Origin: Myxococcota bacterium
GTDB lineage: Bacteria > Myxococcota > XYA12-FULL-58-9 > JABJBS01
Reading direction: 5' to 3'
Assembly (NCBI GenBank): GCA_036339465.1
Contig: JAYZAY010000001.1
Span: 1 to 64,000, forward strand
Length of the DNA stretch: 64,000 nt
Every line of letters begins with the position of its first letter. Within the stretch, counting starts at the first letter, position 1. The position numbers and the translations under genes were made by a program. Below are positions 19,124 through 29,936 of this stretch, piece by piece. The notes under the pieces were generated by a model, which searched no databases, had not been told where the DNA came from, and worked only from the letters and a program-made list of their open reading frames with translations.

Positions 19124-20590
19124 ATGTCTCTTTCGGATATCAAATGCTTCATAAATGGTGAATGGATAGAAACCCCTTCCGAGGGACATTTTACCACCAA
19201 AAATCCTGCGACCGGCCAAACTTTGGCCACGGTTCACGGCGCCAATTCAGAGATTGTTCAGGCCGCAGCTAACGCAGCGAAAGAAGCCTTTCCCGCGTGG
19301 AGAGATATGGCCCCACGTGAACGCGCGCGCATCTTGCATCGGGCTTCGTGTCTCTTACGAGAGGAAGTGGAGAACTTAGCGTCACTGGAGATGCAAGACA
19401 CCGGCAAACCCATTACCGAAGCACTGGAGGTAGACATTCCATCGGCGGCGGATTGCTTGGAATATTTTGCGGGTGTAGCACCTACCATCGCAGGTAACCA
19501 CATTGATCTTGGAGGCGGTACCTTCGGCTATACCCGGAGAGAGCCACTTGGGGTCTGTGGCGCTATAGGCGCTTGGAACTATCCGATCCAGATTGCAGCT
19601 TGGAAGGCCGCCCCCGCCCTGGCCTGTGGCAACACGGTGGTCTACAAACCCTCCGAAGTCACCCCCATCACAGCCAATCATCTGGCGCGAATTTTCACAG
19701 AGGCCGGGCTCCCGAAGGGCGTTTTTAACGTGGTCCATGGACACGGTGACGTCGGAGAAGCCATCGTGAAATCCCCGGATATCGCAAAAATATCCCTAAC
19801 AGGTGAAGCCAGCACAGGAAAGAAGGTTATGGCCGGAGCAGCACAGTCGCTCAAGAAGGTCACCCTGGAGCTCGGGGGGAAATCCCCGCTCATTGTCTTC
19901 GAGGACGCCGACGTAAAAAATGCTGTCTCCGCAGCGATGGTGGCAAATTTTTATACCCAAGGTGAGATTTGTTCCAATGGAACCCGGGTCTTTGTCCACG
20001 AAAAATTAATGGACACCTTTCTGGAGCAGCTTAAAGTGCGCACCGAGAAACTCGTGGTGGGCCCTCCTCATTTACCCGAGACCCAAATTGGTTCCCTTAT
20101 CCACCAAGCCCATCTCGAAAAGGTCCTTAGCTACATCAAGATAGGGCAAGCGGAAGGGGCCACTTTGGTCTGTGGCGGCAACCGCGTGACCAAAGGCCCC
20201 CTAGGCAAAGGCGCGTTTGTGCAACCAACCGTATTCGCGCAATGTATCGATTCAATGCGCATTGCAACGGAGGAAATATTTGGGCCCGTCATGAGCGTGC
20301 TCTCCTTCAATGAAGAAGATGATGTCGTGAATCGAGCCAATAACACCCCCTTTGGTCTGGCCGCTGGGGTGTTTACCTCGGATATAAAACGGGCCCACCG
20401 CGTGATTGCGAAACTCCAAGCCGGAACCTGCTGGATCAACAACTACAATATCACCCCCATTGAACTCCCTTTTGGTGGCTACAAAGAATCCGGTATGGGG
20501 CGGGAAAACAGTCTCGCGGCCATCGACCACTATACACAGCTGAAATCTGTCTACGTGGAGATGGGTAACGTCGATTGCCCCTACGAATAA
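19124..20590 (+). CDS. betB: Betaine-aldehyde dehydrogenase
   Basis: IGAWNYPIQIA, KPSEVTP, LELGGKSP, NFYTQGEICSNGTRVFV, EEIFGPV, YTQLKSVYVE. Confidence 0.88.
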   Translation: MSLSDIKCFINGEWIETPSEGHFTTKNPATGQTLATVHGANSEIVQAAANAAKEAFPAWRDMAPRERARILHRASCLLREEVENLASLEMQDTGKPITEALEVDIPSAADCLEYFAGVAPTIAGNHIDLGGGTFGYTRREPLGVCGAIGAWNYPIQIAAWKAAPALACGNTVVYKPSEVTPITANHLARIFTEAGLPKGVFNVVHGHGDVGEAIVKSPDIAKISLTGEASTGKKVMAGAAQSLKKVTLELGGKSPLIVFEDADVKNAVSAAMVANFYTQGEICSNGTRVFVHEKLMDTFLEQLKVRTEKLVVGPPHLPETQIGSLIHQAHLEKVLSYIKIGQAEGATLVCGGNRVTKGPLGKGAFVQPTVFAQCIDSMRIATEEIFGPVMSVLSFNEEDDVVNRANNTPFGLAAGVFTSDIKRAHRVIAKLQAGTCWINNYNITPIELPFGGYKESGMGRENSLAAIDHYTQLKSVYVEMGNVDCPYE

Positions 20591-20671
20591 AAGCCTGCCG
20601 ATTCTCCTTGATAGACTCCCTACCGAATAGTAGGTAGCGCCAACCCCAGATCTATCTAAGGAGGCATTTCC

Positions 20672-21580
20672 ATGGCCAATTCCGCCCTTGCTTACCTACC
20701 CGAGCAGTGGCCTTCCATTAGGACCATGCTATGGGCCGGCATGGAGGGTATCCTAACCCCGAAACCTGCCGGCATCTTAAGCGAGTCCGATTGGATAAAG
20801 GCGGGTACGGTTTCGGGAGAAGTGACCGCCCCTTCGAAGGCTTTAGTGCGCGATTATTCCGCCTTCTGCAAAGCGCTTCCTGGAAGCTATACCAATGAAT
20901 TACCTCCTCACCTCTTCCCCCAATGGACTTTTCCCCTCGTTGCCAAATCATTGATGAGTCTCGGCTACCCCCTTCACTTGGTGATCAATGGTGGGGCTTG
21001 CCTCCATGTCAATGACGTAATCCCCATAGGGCAACCACTCAGCGTTAGAGTCGAACCTTTATCGATCACCCCGAAAGGCCGTTGGTTGGAACTGGTGCAG
21101 GAAGTCACCACCGGAACTTCCCAAGCACCTAGGGCCGTCCAAGCGCGCATGCACACCCTCGTGCCCGCCCCCAAGAAGGATGGTGGGTCGAAAAACACCA
21201 AGGCCACCATTCAAATCCCCACCCATTGCCGTGAATTGGCTCGACGACGTTTCAAAAAGAAAAGTGGCCTTCGATTTGCGGGGCTCACGGGCGATTATAA
21301 TCCCATCCATTGGATAGCACCGGCTGCACAACTCTCAGGCTTTAAAACGGTGATACTTCATGGATTTGCCACTTTTGCCACCGCCTATGAGGTGGTTCGA
21401 AAAGCCCGTTGCCCATGGATAAAACGGGTCTCCGATTTTAACTTAAAGTTCTACAAGCCCCTGCATCTCCCCGGAGATGTTGGGATTTACGTGGGCGACG
21501 ATTCGACGACTCCACAGGTTTTTATTGGCAAAGCCCCGGGGGCAAAACCTGTCGCTTATGGAACATTCAATATTGAATAA
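20672..21580 (+). CDS. MaoC-family (HtdX-like) 3-hydroxyacyl dehydratase
   Basis: FAGLTGDYNPIH...ILHGF hydratase motif; GGAGG RBS; first gene of a three-gene operon. Confidence 0.85.
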   Translation: MANSALAYLPEQWPSIRTMLWAGMEGILTPKPAGILSESDWIKAGTVSGEVTAPSKALVRDYSAFCKALPGSYTNELPPHLFPQWTFPLVAKSLMSLGYPLHLVINGGACLHVNDVIPIGQPLSVRVEPLSITPKGRWLELVQEVTTGTSQAPRAVQARMHTLVPAPKKDGGSKNTKATIQIPTHCRELARRRFKKKSGLRFAGLTGDYNPIHWIAPAAQLSGFKTVILHGFATFATAYEVVRKARCPWIKRVSDFNLKFYKPLHLPGDVGIYVGDDSTTPQVFIGKAPGAKPVAYGTFNIE

Positions 21581-21592
21581 AGGAAACTAAAG

Positions 21593-23017
21593 ATGCGTGA
21601 TTTTCTCGTAGAGCTTTCGCACTCACCAACCGCTCAACAGGTTGTCAAATCTCTCGGCCTACCTATTCCCCTTCCTCCTGTTTTGGAACGCAGTTTCGGC
21701 GCTACGCCAGCGCTTCCTTTCGTCGGACGCACGTTTGGGGTTTGCTCTCCAGAGCAAGGGCCGTTGGCCGTGGCGGCGGTCGAGGCCCTCAGTGAGGCCG
21801 GCGCCGATATCGTCACCGCTGATAGGGACCAAGTCGCTCAATGGAAAGCTGCGGCGCAAGCCTATTCCCGTGTCGTTTCGGTCATGGATCCGGAGAGTGG
21901 TCAGAAACTGTCCGGCTTGGTCTTTGATGCTTCCCATTTCGATTCCATTCTGCAGCTTGATTGGATCTACCGTAGCATGCGGCCTTTTCTACGAACATTG
22001 AGAAAAGGCGCTCGAATTGTCATCATTTCCCCCGTGCCCAGTGAGAAAAACAGTGCCGAAATGGAGGCCTGCGCCAGAGGCCTTGAGGGATTTATGCGCA
22101 GTCTCTCAAAAGAAATGGGCAAAAAAGGAATTGGTGTTATTCTCTGTAGATGTCCATCCACAGGATCCCCGAGTCTTGCTGGTGCCCTGCGCTATTTTCT
22201 ATCCGGTGCATCGGCCTATGTCACAGGCCAACCCATCACCCTAGGAACATCGGGAAAAAAATTAACTGCTGGCTTTAGTTGGGATCAGCCCTTGGCCGGA
22301 AAAACCGCTTTGGTCACCGGCGCTTCCAGAGGGATTGGGCGTTCCACGGCGATCACCCTTGCCGCAGATGGGGCCAAGGTGATTTGTTTAGACCGTTTAG
22401 AAGAAGCGGATTCATTGGCCGAATTAACCCAGAAAATTAATGGTGTTGCGCTCTGTGCTGACATTACCGCCCCAGATGCCGGGCAACTCATCCAAGATCT
22501 GATTGAGAAAGAGTCCGGTGGACTTGATATTATCGTGCACAACGCTGGTGTAACCCGAGACAAAACCCTTGCCCGGATGTCCGAAGAGCAGTGGAACCTG
22601 ACGCTTTCGGTAAACCTACAAGCAATCGTGCGCGTCACAGGGCAATTGCGGGTTGTATTCAACGACCATGCCCGAATCGTGCTTCTCTCTTCTATCGCTG
22701 GTATCGCCGGCAACGTGGGCCAAACGAATTATGCTCTTACGAAAGCCGCTCTCGTAGGATTGGTAAGTGCCTGGTCCAACGATTTTAAAAAGAAGGGAAT
22801 CACAGTCAATGCCGTCGCCCCCGGCTTCATCGAAACCCGAATGACAGCAGCGATACCATTCGCAATTCGCGAAGTTGCTCGCAGATTGAACGCCTTCTCA
22901 CAAGGAGGGCTGCCCGGAGATGTGGCCGAAGCCATCAAGTTCTTCGCTCTACCGTCCAGTACGGGCGTGAGCGGACAGGTTCTCCGGATCTGTGGCGGAG
23001 CCCTCGTAGGCGCATAA
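21593..23017 (+). CDS. fabG: High-molecular-weight 3-oxoacyl reductase (FabG4-like)
   Basis: Long N-terminal extension, then TGASRGIG, HNAGVTRD, GQTNYALTK, VAPGFIET. Confidence 0.9.
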   Translation: MRDFLVELSHSPTAQQVVKSLGLPIPLPPVLERSFGATPALPFVGRTFGVCSPEQGPLAVAAVEALSEAGADIVTADRDQVAQWKAAAQAYSRVVSVMDPESGQKLSGLVFDASHFDSILQLDWIYRSMRPFLRTLRKGARIVIISPVPSEKNSAEMEACARGLEGFMRSLSKEMGKKGIGVILCRCPSTGSPSLAGALRYFLSGASAYVTGQPITLGTSGKKLTAGFSWDQPLAGKTALVTGASRGIGRSTAITLAADGAKVICLDRLEEADSLAELTQKINGVALCADITAPDAGQLIQDLIEKESGGLDIIVHNAGVTRDKTLARMSEEQWNLTLSVNLQAIVRVTGQLRVVFNDHARIVLLSSIAGIAGNVGQTNYALTKAALVGLVSAWSNDFKKKGITVNAVAPGFIETRMTAAIPFAIREVARRLNAFSQGGLPGDVAEAIKFFALPSSTGVSGQVLRICGGALVGA

Positions 23018-23032
23018 TCAAAGGAGTCGAGG

Positions 23033-24352
23033 ATGTCTGAGAAAACGACAAAACAGAAAAAATATTCATCACGACCACGGCGTGCCGTGATTGTGGGTGG
23101 TGTGCGGTCCCCTTTCGTGAAGGCTTTCGGCCCCTACTTAACCATGGACACAATTACCCTAGCAACGGCGGTGGTAAAAGCGTTGCTCGAAAAATACCCA
23201 CTCCCCCAGGGGTCGATTGATTCTCTGGTTTGGGGTGGTGTGATTCTCCCAAGTGCCTGCCCAAACACTGCGCGAGAAATTGTTATTGACGCCAACCTTC
23301 CACGTTCTACTGAAGCGTTTACGGTAAGTCGCGCTTGTGCTTCCGGGCTACAGGCCATTACCACCGCAGCCATGGCTATCGAACGGGGTGACGCGGATAT
23401 CGTTATTGCAGGTGGATCCGATTCCACCAGTAATGCGGAAATCCAATTACCACAGAAACTTGTCCATGAGTTAGCCCCCCTTGCTTTCGGCAAGGCCAAG
23501 CCCTCGGATTTAATTGGCTCTCTCGCGCGTTTGAATTTCGCCAAAGACGTTTTGCCTCGTGCGCCCAAAATAGCAGAGCGTAGCACGGGCCAAACCATGG
23601 GTGAAGCCGCAGAAGACATGGCCCGGCGCAATGAAATTAGTCGGGAAGCCCAAGACAATCTCGCATTTGAGTCACACCAGCGCGCAGCCAACGCAGTAAC
23701 AACGGGACGCTTTGACGATGAGGTGGTTCCTATACAATGCCAAAACGGCGAGTGGGTTCACCAAGACCAATTGATTCGTGCAAGCACAACCCGGGAAAAG
23801 CTAAGCAAACTGAGATCCGCCTTTGCCAAAAACGGTTCCCTCACAGCGGGAAATTCAAGTCCCTTGACCGACGGCGCCTCGGCGACCCTCCTCATGTCGG
23901 AAGAAAAAGCTGAGAGCCTCGGTTTAACGCCGAAAGCAGCCATTTTAGATTGGGCCTACGTAGGCGTTGACCCGGCAGACCAACTACTAATGGGGCCCGC
24001 ATTGTCTATTCCGAAGGTATTGGCAAAAAGTGGCTTGGAATTGGGCGACGTCAGCCTGGTTGATATCCATGAAGCCTTTGCTTCCCAGGTTTTGAGTGTC
24101 GTCAAAATGCTCGCTAGCGACTCATTTGCCCAAAAGCGCTTAGGCAGAAAACAAGCAGTGGGGCAAATTGGGCCGGCGAAGCTCAATGTTCATGGCGGGT
24201 CCATCGCTATCGGTCACCCATTTGCGGCCACGGGCTCACGTATGGTGAACACCATGGCCAACGAATTGGCACTCGGACAAGGGGAATTTGCGGTTCTTGG
24301 CATCTGTGCCGCAGGAGGACTTGGCGCCTCCGCGCTATTACAACGGCTCTAA
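23033..24352 (+). CDS. fadI: Acetyl-CoA C-acyltransferase (FadI/FadA2-type thiolase)
   Basis: VSRACASG, TAGNSSPLTDGAS, HEAFASQ, GHPFAATG, GICAAGG. Confidence 0.88.
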   Translation: MSEKTTKQKKYSSRPRRAVIVGGVRSPFVKAFGPYLTMDTITLATAVVKALLEKYPLPQGSIDSLVWGGVILPSACPNTAREIVIDANLPRSTEAFTVSRACASGLQAITTAAMAIERGDADIVIAGGSDSTSNAEIQLPQKLVHELAPLAFGKAKPSDLIGSLARLNFAKDVLPRAPKIAERSTGQTMGEAAEDMARRNEISREAQDNLAFESHQRAANAVTTGRFDDEVVPIQCQNGEWVHQDQLIRASTTREKLSKLRSAFAKNGSLTAGNSSPLTDGASATLLMSEEKAESLGLTPKAAILDWAYVGVDPADQLLMGPALSIPKVLAKSGLELGDVSLVDIHEAFASQVLSVVKMLASDSFAQKRLGRKQAVGQIGPAKLNVHGGSIAIGHPFAATGSRMVNTMANELALGQGEFAVLGICAAGGLGASALLQRL

Positions 24353-24367
24353 AAACGACTCCATCAA

Positions 24368-25132
24368 TTAGACACTCCTCTGGTTCTTGATATTATCATA
24401 GGCCCGATTGATAAGCTGTAGCTTATGGGTTGCAGCCTCAACAAACTCCTCTGGCATCCCACTGGCCATCAGCTTATCGGGGTGATGCTCCAGGGCTAAC
24501 TCTCGGTACCTCTTCTTAATTTCGTCAAGCGGCGCGCTCGCGTCAACGCCCAGGATTCTGTAGTCACTTTCTGCCGATGAGAAGAAAAGTTCCTTGATTG
24601 CCAACTCTTGCGCGTCTGAGAAACCGAATATCTGGCTCACGTCCTCTAGAATAACACGTTCTCCCTCGTGAAGGACCTTGTCTGCTGCAGCCACCTGATA
24701 AAGCAGCGTGAGAACCTGTTCACGAAGGGCCTTGGAATGTTGGAAAAATGAGGCGAATTGTATCGCATAGTCCCGATAGGAAGTTTCGCTATCTTTTGCT
24801 GCACTGAAGAGTCTGATAGCCATTTGGCGTTGAGCGTCTTCGAGCCGTAGGCAATCCCGCATAAACGATTCCACGACAGATATTTCTTCTCGGCAAACCA
24901 CACCATCGGCTTTGGCAAGTTTCCCCAAGAGGGCGAAGACCGTGGTAAAAAAGACAGCTTCCCTAGGCGCCTTATTTGCCCTCTGGGTAGTTGTTGTGCC
25001 TGTTTTCCCGGCTTCGGCACGCTCTTTGGCATCGCCGAGCGCATGTCCCGCAACCCCGCCTAAAAGGGCTCCGATGGGCCCCCCAAGCACATACCCCACC
25101 GAACCAAGTATGAACGTATTAAACCAACTCAT
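24368..25132 (-). CDS. djlA: DjlA-like co-chaperone (TM-TerB-J domain)
   Basis: GGPIGALLG TM, KLAKADG TerB motif, C-terminal J domain with HHPDK. GGGAGA RBS before ATG 25132. Confidence 0.88.
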   Translation of the reverse strand: MSWFNTFILGSVGYVLGGPIGALLGGVAGHALGDAKERAEAGKTGTTTTQRANKAPREAVFFTTVFALLGKLAKADGVVCREEISVVESFMRDCLRLEDAQRQMAIRLFSAAKDSETSYRDYAIQFASFFQHSKALREQVLTLLYQVAAADKVLHEGERVILEDVSQIFGFSDAQELAIKELFFSSAESDYRILGVDASAPLDEIKKRYRELALEHHPDKLMASGMPEEFVEAATHKLQLINRAYDNIKNQRSV

Positions 25133-25214
25133 TGATTCTCCCATCTTAAAAACGAGCATGCCGTATACCTCATCTACTTGCGGGGCAGAAGTGTAGAAAC
25201 TATGTGTGTGAACT

Positions 25215-25973
25215 ATGGATTTAGACACTCTACATACTGGGGTCATGGTTGAGTTCGTAGCTGCGGTGGTCACAGGCGCCGCGCTACTACTCATTTCAGC
25301 ACCTTATGGGCGACACGCTCGGTCGGGTTTTGGCCCGACGGTACCAGCGCGCCTTGCCTGGATTTTAATGGAAGTACCTGCCCTCCTCTGCTTCAGCGTC
25401 CCTTTTTTAATGGAAGCCACAAACCAGCCCGGTATTCACTGGCTCTTTTTCGGCGGTTGGTTTTTTCATTACAGCTATCGAACTTTCGTTTTCCCCTTCA
25501 AACTCAATATAGCTAGACGCACAACCCCCTTTCTAATCGTTGTATTGGCCATCATCTTCAATGCGTTGAATGGGTCGATCAATGCAGCCTGGCTGAAATT
25601 CTATCCTACGGATCTGGATTCTTGGGAGACAATACTCCGGGTGATTCTAGGCTCAGTCCTTTTTACCTCAGGTGTTCGTATCAACCACCAATCCGATGCA
25701 ATCCTGATGGCGTTACGAACAGACACATCGGATACGTCCTATAAGATTCCCCACGGGGGCATGTACCGCTATATATCCTGTCCAAACTATTTCGGTGAAT
25801 TATTGGAGTGGAGCGGTTGGGCTATCGCAACCGGCTCACTGGCGGGCTGGGCGTTCGTCGCATTCACTGCTTCTAATCTCGTCCCAAGGGCACTGGCCCA
25901 TCATCGCTGGTACCAAGAAAAATTCGGTGATTATCCAAAAGACCGGAAAATCCTCCTACCTTTTGTGTGGTAG
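25215..25973 (+). CDS. 3-oxo-5-alpha-steroid 4-dehydrogenase (steroid 5-alpha-reductase family)
   Basis: APYGRH, AWILME, HYSYR, YKIPHGG, SCPNYFGE..EWSGW, NLVPRA..HHRWY, RKILLPF. Confidence 0.9.
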   Translation: MDLDTLHTGVMVEFVAAVVTGAALLLISAPYGRHARSGFGPTVPARLAWILMEVPALLCFSVPFLMEATNQPGIHWLFFGGWFFHYSYRTFVFPFKLNIARRTTPFLIVVLAIIFNALNGSINAAWLKFYPTDLDSWETILRVILGSVLFTSGVRINHQSDAILMALRTDTSDTSYKIPHGGMYRYISCPNYFGELLEWSGWAIATGSLAGWAFVAFTASNLVPRALAHHRWYQEKFGDYPKDRKILLPFVW

Positions 25974-26018
25974 TAGCCCCACAAGCCACCGTCGACCACA
26001 GGCCTCAGGGCCCCTATC

Positions 26019-27236
26019 TTAGCGAGGAGGAAGGAAAAACTCGATAAGTTCCTCGCGGTAAGCATCTGCATCGGCCTTGCCGAGTTCAATCATCGCCGTG
26101 GCCAATCTACCATCGAAAAGCAGATAACTAAGCAAATCCGACTCACCTAAGGCATCTTTATCGGAAATCAGATCAAAAAGAACACCCGAGAGACCCTTTA
26201 ACTTTGACTTGAAAACGTCAATAAATTCTGCCGCCATCTCACCAAGATCCCGAGAAGGCCGAATCACCAACGTGTCGATTTCGCGGTAAGAAGCTCCTCG
26301 CATGTCTTTGGATGTTTTGTTGATTTGTTCGACAAACTCTTTTCCGAAGGTCGCACGCCCGTCGCTCAGCAGCCGATTGAATCCCTCAAGTCTTTTTAAA
26401 TCATAGTCTAGACGATCCAGCATGATACTGTCGATCATCTTACCAATAAGAAAGAGCGGACTCGGATATTCTTCCACATCATCATCCAACAATAAGGGAT
26501 CCGCAGTCGGCAGACTATCTCCACTCACGCCCACCACCAATACGCGGCTCGCTCCCAAACGAAGGGCCGGAGACAGTGGCGTATTCTGCCTCACTCCACC
26601 ATCGCAATAATAAGAACCATTAATCTCCCGTGCCGGAAATAGAATCGGAATGGCCGCTGAAGCCAAAGCATGTTCAGAAGTTATCTTCGCCGCTTCTGCC
26701 CTGGCTTTTGGATCTCTGGACCAAGTCGGTAATCCGCCTTCATGCCGGTCCACAAAAACTGTGCTTTTGCCCGAGCGGACATGGGTCGCACTAACCGCCA
26801 AGGCATCCACGATTCCGGCGCGGATATTATAGCCAATCTGCGTCCACGGCAGGTCGCGTACGACAGCATCGGTCAACCTAGCGGAATTGATGAAAATCCC
26901 TCTTTTATTGGGTTTGGCGTTCAATAGCGCTCGAATATCCAGTGGAAGACGCAACATATCAGTGGCGCCCAACCGAAGCATATTCTCAATTCGCATATCT
27001 CGCCAAAAATCCAAGAGGCGGTCAATATCGTTACCGGGAATATGGGAGGTCCCAGCCAAGTAGCAGGCATGAATTGCCCCCGCGGAACTGCCACAAAAAA
27101 TATTGAACATGGAAGGGCGAATAATTTCCTTCGGGAGTTCCTCGAAGATATAGGCCAAAACGCCAGCTTCATAGGCCCCCCGAGCGCCCCCGCCGGCTAA
27201 AACGATGCCTCGTTTAATTTCGGTTTCTCTGCTCAT
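26019..27236 (-). CDS. Patatin-like phospholipase
   Basis: GGGARGAY, GSSAG (GxSxG), ASAAIP, DGG. Start overlaps the trpA stop. Confidence 0.92.
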   Translation of the reverse strand: MSRETEIKRGIVLAGGGARGAYEAGVLAYIFEELPKEIIRPSMFNIFCGSSAGAIHACYLAGTSHIPGNDIDRLLDFWRDMRIENMLRLGATDMLRLPLDIRALLNAKPNKRGIFINSARLTDAVVRDLPWTQIGYNIRAGIVDALAVSATHVRSGKSTVFVDRHEGGLPTWSRDPKARAEAAKITSEHALASAAIPILFPAREINGSYYCDGGVRQNTPLSPALRLGASRVLVVGVSGDSLPTADPLLLDDDVEEYPSPLFLIGKMIDSIMLDRLDYDLKRLEGFNRLLSDGRATFGKEFVEQINKTSKDMRGASYREIDTLVIRPSRDLGEMAAEFIDVFKSKLKGLSGVLFDLISDKDALGESDLLSYLLFDGRLATAMIELGKADADAYREELIEFFLPPR

Positions 27237-28060
27237 TTAAGGCGACCTTCGGTCGCAGATCCATCTATCCCCCTGCGTAATTCCGCGACAAAGCGGCCCA
27301 ATTCAGCAAGCCGGTCTGCTTCAGGTGCATCCAATTCGAGGATTTGCACCAAAGCAGACCCCACAACAACACCATCGGCAATTTTTGCCACTTCCCCAGC
27401 CATCTCTCCTGACCGAATCCCAAAACCGACACACATCGGCAGCGAGCTGTCGACACCTACATCTGAAATCATACGTTCCACGGGCTTGAGTGACGACAAC
27501 GCCCCCCCCGTCACCCCTGTCATGGCAACAAGATAGATAAAGCCAGAGGCATCTTCCGCAATTCTTTGCGACCGCTCTCGCCCACTTGTTGGAGCAATGA
27601 GTCGAATCCACGCCAAAGAATAACGCTTCGCGATTTCGGAAAACCCACTCGCTTCTTCCATGGGAAGGTCCACAACCAAAACTCCATCAACCCCGGCCTC
27701 CACAGCTGCTTTGCACAGCTGCTCCTCTCCGATGGATATATAGGGATTTAAATAACCGAATAACACCACGGGGGTTTTCTCGTCTACTTGCCTGATTTTT
27801 CGAATTAAATCCAGGGCGCTATGCAACCCCCCACCATTTTCCAAGGCTCGGCCCATCGCGCGTTGAATCACCGGGCCATCCGCAAGGGGATCTGAGAAAG
27901 GGACACCGACTTCGAGAATATCTACGCCATTCTCGATCGCTTTGATTGCGGCCATAAAGGATACTTCAAGATTAGGGTCTCCTGCTGTCAGATAAGCGAC
28001 CAGGGCCTTTTTACCCGTCTGCCGCAAGTCTGAAAAACATTTATTTAATCGATTACTCAT
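27233..28060 (-). CDS. trpA: Tryptophan synthase alpha chain
   Basis: YLTAGDP, LEVGVPFSDPLADGPVIQ, GVTG, VGFGI, DGVVVGSA. Confidence 0.97.
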   Translation of the reverse strand: MSNRLNKCFSDLRQTGKKALVAYLTAGDPNLEVSFMAAIKAIENGVDILEVGVPFSDPLADGPVIQRAMGRALENGGGLHSALDLIRKIRQVDEKTPVVLFGYLNPYISIGEEQLCKAAVEAGVDGVLVVDLPMEEASGFSEIAKRYSLAWIRLIAPTSGRERSQRIAEDASGFIYLVAMTGVTGGALSSLKPVERMISDVGVDSSLPMCVGFGIRSGEMAGEVAKIADGVVVGSALVQILELDAPEADRLAELGRFVAELRRGIDGSATEGRLK

Positions 28061-28087
28061 CAACGTTGTTCCCTTAATACCATCGTC

Positions 28088-29287
28088 TTAAGATGCACTC
28101 TCGCCTAAGAAACGGGCCAATTCCGTCATGTCCTTATCGCCCCGTCCCGACAGTCCAACCAAAATTCGGGCGCCTTGGTGACCCTTTGCATAACGCATTG
28201 CCATAGCCACAGCGTGCGCCGTTTCAAGAGCACAAATGATGCCCTCAGCTTTCGCAAGTACTTGTAAAGCTTCGACTGCCTCTCGGTCATCCACACCCTC
28301 ATAACTGGCCCGACCTGTGGCTTGTAAAAAGCAATGCTCTGGACCAACAGCCGGATAGTCCAGTCCCGCTGCAATAGAATGCGGAGGGCTAATTTGCCCG
28401 TCTTCCGATTGCAAGACTTGAGTTCGCGCGCCATGTAAGACCCCCAGGGTGCCACAATTTAGGGAAGCAGAATGCCGGCCTGTATCGAGACCATCGCCCG
28501 CCGCTTCAGCCCCAATCAGCCGCACCGACTCATCACCCACAAATGCGTGGAAAAGACCAATGGCATTCGAACCACCTCCCACGCAAGCTGTGACCATATT
28601 CGGAAGTCCACCCTGCTCCAACATTTGCCTGCGGGCTTCCTCACCAATCACGGATTGCAAATTACGGACCATCACCGGGTAGGGGTGTGGTCCAGCGGCG
28701 GATCCCACCAGGTAGTAGGTATCATCAACATTCGCTACCCAATCCCGCATTGCCTCGTTCATCGCATCTTTCAGAGTTTTGGTGCCGGAAGTTACAGCAC
28801 GAACCTCGGCGCCAAACAATTGCATTCTTAATACATTTAACCCTTGGCGTCGAATGTCTTCAGACCCCATATAGACCACGCACTCAAAACCAAATATGGC
28901 GCAAGCCGCCGCCGTCGCAACCCCATGCTGCCCTGCACCCGTTTCAGCGATCACTCTCTTCTTACCCATTTTGCGGCACAGCAGAGCTTGCCCCAGGGTT
29001 TGGTTTATCTTGTGTGCCCCAGTGTGGTTGAGGTCTTCCCTTTTTAGGAATATCTCAGCCCCCAATTCAGATGACAAGCGTTTTGCATGGGTCAGCAAAC
29101 TCGGTCGCCCCACAATGGTATTGAGCAGCTTCCGATATTCCACTTCGAACGAAGGGTCAGCACTTACTGCGTCATAGGCCCGCTCAAGCTCCAGGAGAGC
29201 CGGCATAAGCACCTCCGGAACAAACCGCCCCCCAAAATCGCCAAATCGGCCAGTTTTATCTGGTCTTCCCGCAATCGGCTCAAACAT
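28088..29287 (-). CDS. trpB: Tryptophan synthase beta chain
   Basis: [41 protein letters not shown]. Confidence 0.98.
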   Translation of the reverse strand: MFEPIAGRPDKTGRFGDFGGRFVPEVLMPALLELERAYDAVSADPSFEVEYRKLLNTIVGRPSLLTHAKRLSSELGAEIFLKREDLNHTGAHKINQTLGQALLCRKMGKKRVIAETGAGQHGVATAAACAIFGFECVVYMGSEDIRRQGLNVLRMQLFGAEVRAVTSGTKTLKDAMNEAMRDWVANVDDTYYLVGSAAGPHPYPVMVRNLQSVIGEEARRQMLEQGGLPNMVTACVGGGSNAIGLFHAFVGDESVRLIGAEAAGDGLDTGRHSASLNCGTLGVLHGARTQVLQSEDGQISPPHSIAAGLDYPAVGPEHCFLQATGRASYEGVDDREAVEALQVLAKAEGIICALETAHAVAMAMRYAKGHQGARILVGLSGRGDKDMTELARFLGESAS

Positions 29288-29936
29288 CTTCCAACTCCGC
29301 ATTCATTTGGGCAAAGGCCCTCTTTGCTTCCTCGATAAAGGTTTTCGTTTTCTCTGGGCACTTCCTACCTGGGCTAAATTCTACACCAGAGGCAGCATCC
29401 ACCCCCCAGGGGTTTAGGGTCGTAATTCGCGAATAAATATTACCGGAATTCAATCCTCCCGCGAGTATGGTTCGACGCGCCCGGCATACCGTGCGTGCCA
29501 CATCCTCTGGAGCAAGGACACCTGTTCCGCCCTTCCGAAGGGGATCTCGGGCATCCACGAGCAGGATGTCACCGGGCCAGGATAGCACACCCTGGAGGTC
29601 TGTATCACGACCGACGCCCACAGCTTTAAATGTCTTGCCTGGCTCAAGCCTCAACATCTCGGGAGATTCATCACCGTGAAGTTGCACCAAATCCATAACC
29701 CCACAACGAAGTATCTGACTTAAAGCATCCGGAGAAGGGTCCACCATGACTGCAACCCGGAGGATATCCTCTCCAATGGCACCCCCAATCTCAATGGCTG
29801 AGTCAAGGTCCACCGACCGGGGACTATTTGGCCACAGGTTAAGCCCAATGGCATTGGCACCAAGCTCCACAGCTATTTTAGCATCCTTCACAGTACGGAT
29901 TCCGCAAATTTTTATCAGATTTACCGGTAGCTGCAT
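29280..29936 (-). CDS. trpF: Phosphoribosylanthranilate isomerase
   Basis: [34 protein letters not shown]. Confidence 0.96.
   Translation of the reverse strand: MQLPVNLIKICGIRTVKDAKIAVELGANAIGLNLWPNSPRSVDLDSAIEIGGAIGEDILRVAVMVDPSPDALSQILRCGVMDLVQLHGDESPEMLRLEPGKTFKAVGVGRDTDLQGVLSWPGDILLVDARDPLRKGGTGVLAPEDVARTVCRARRTILAGGLNSGNIYSRITTLNPWGVDAASGVEFSPGRKCPEKTKTFIEEAKRAFAQMNAELEDV

Noticed and set aside
25133..25294. Longer start for djlA
   Set aside because: Overlaps the divergent reductase gene; a good RBS precedes ATG 25132.
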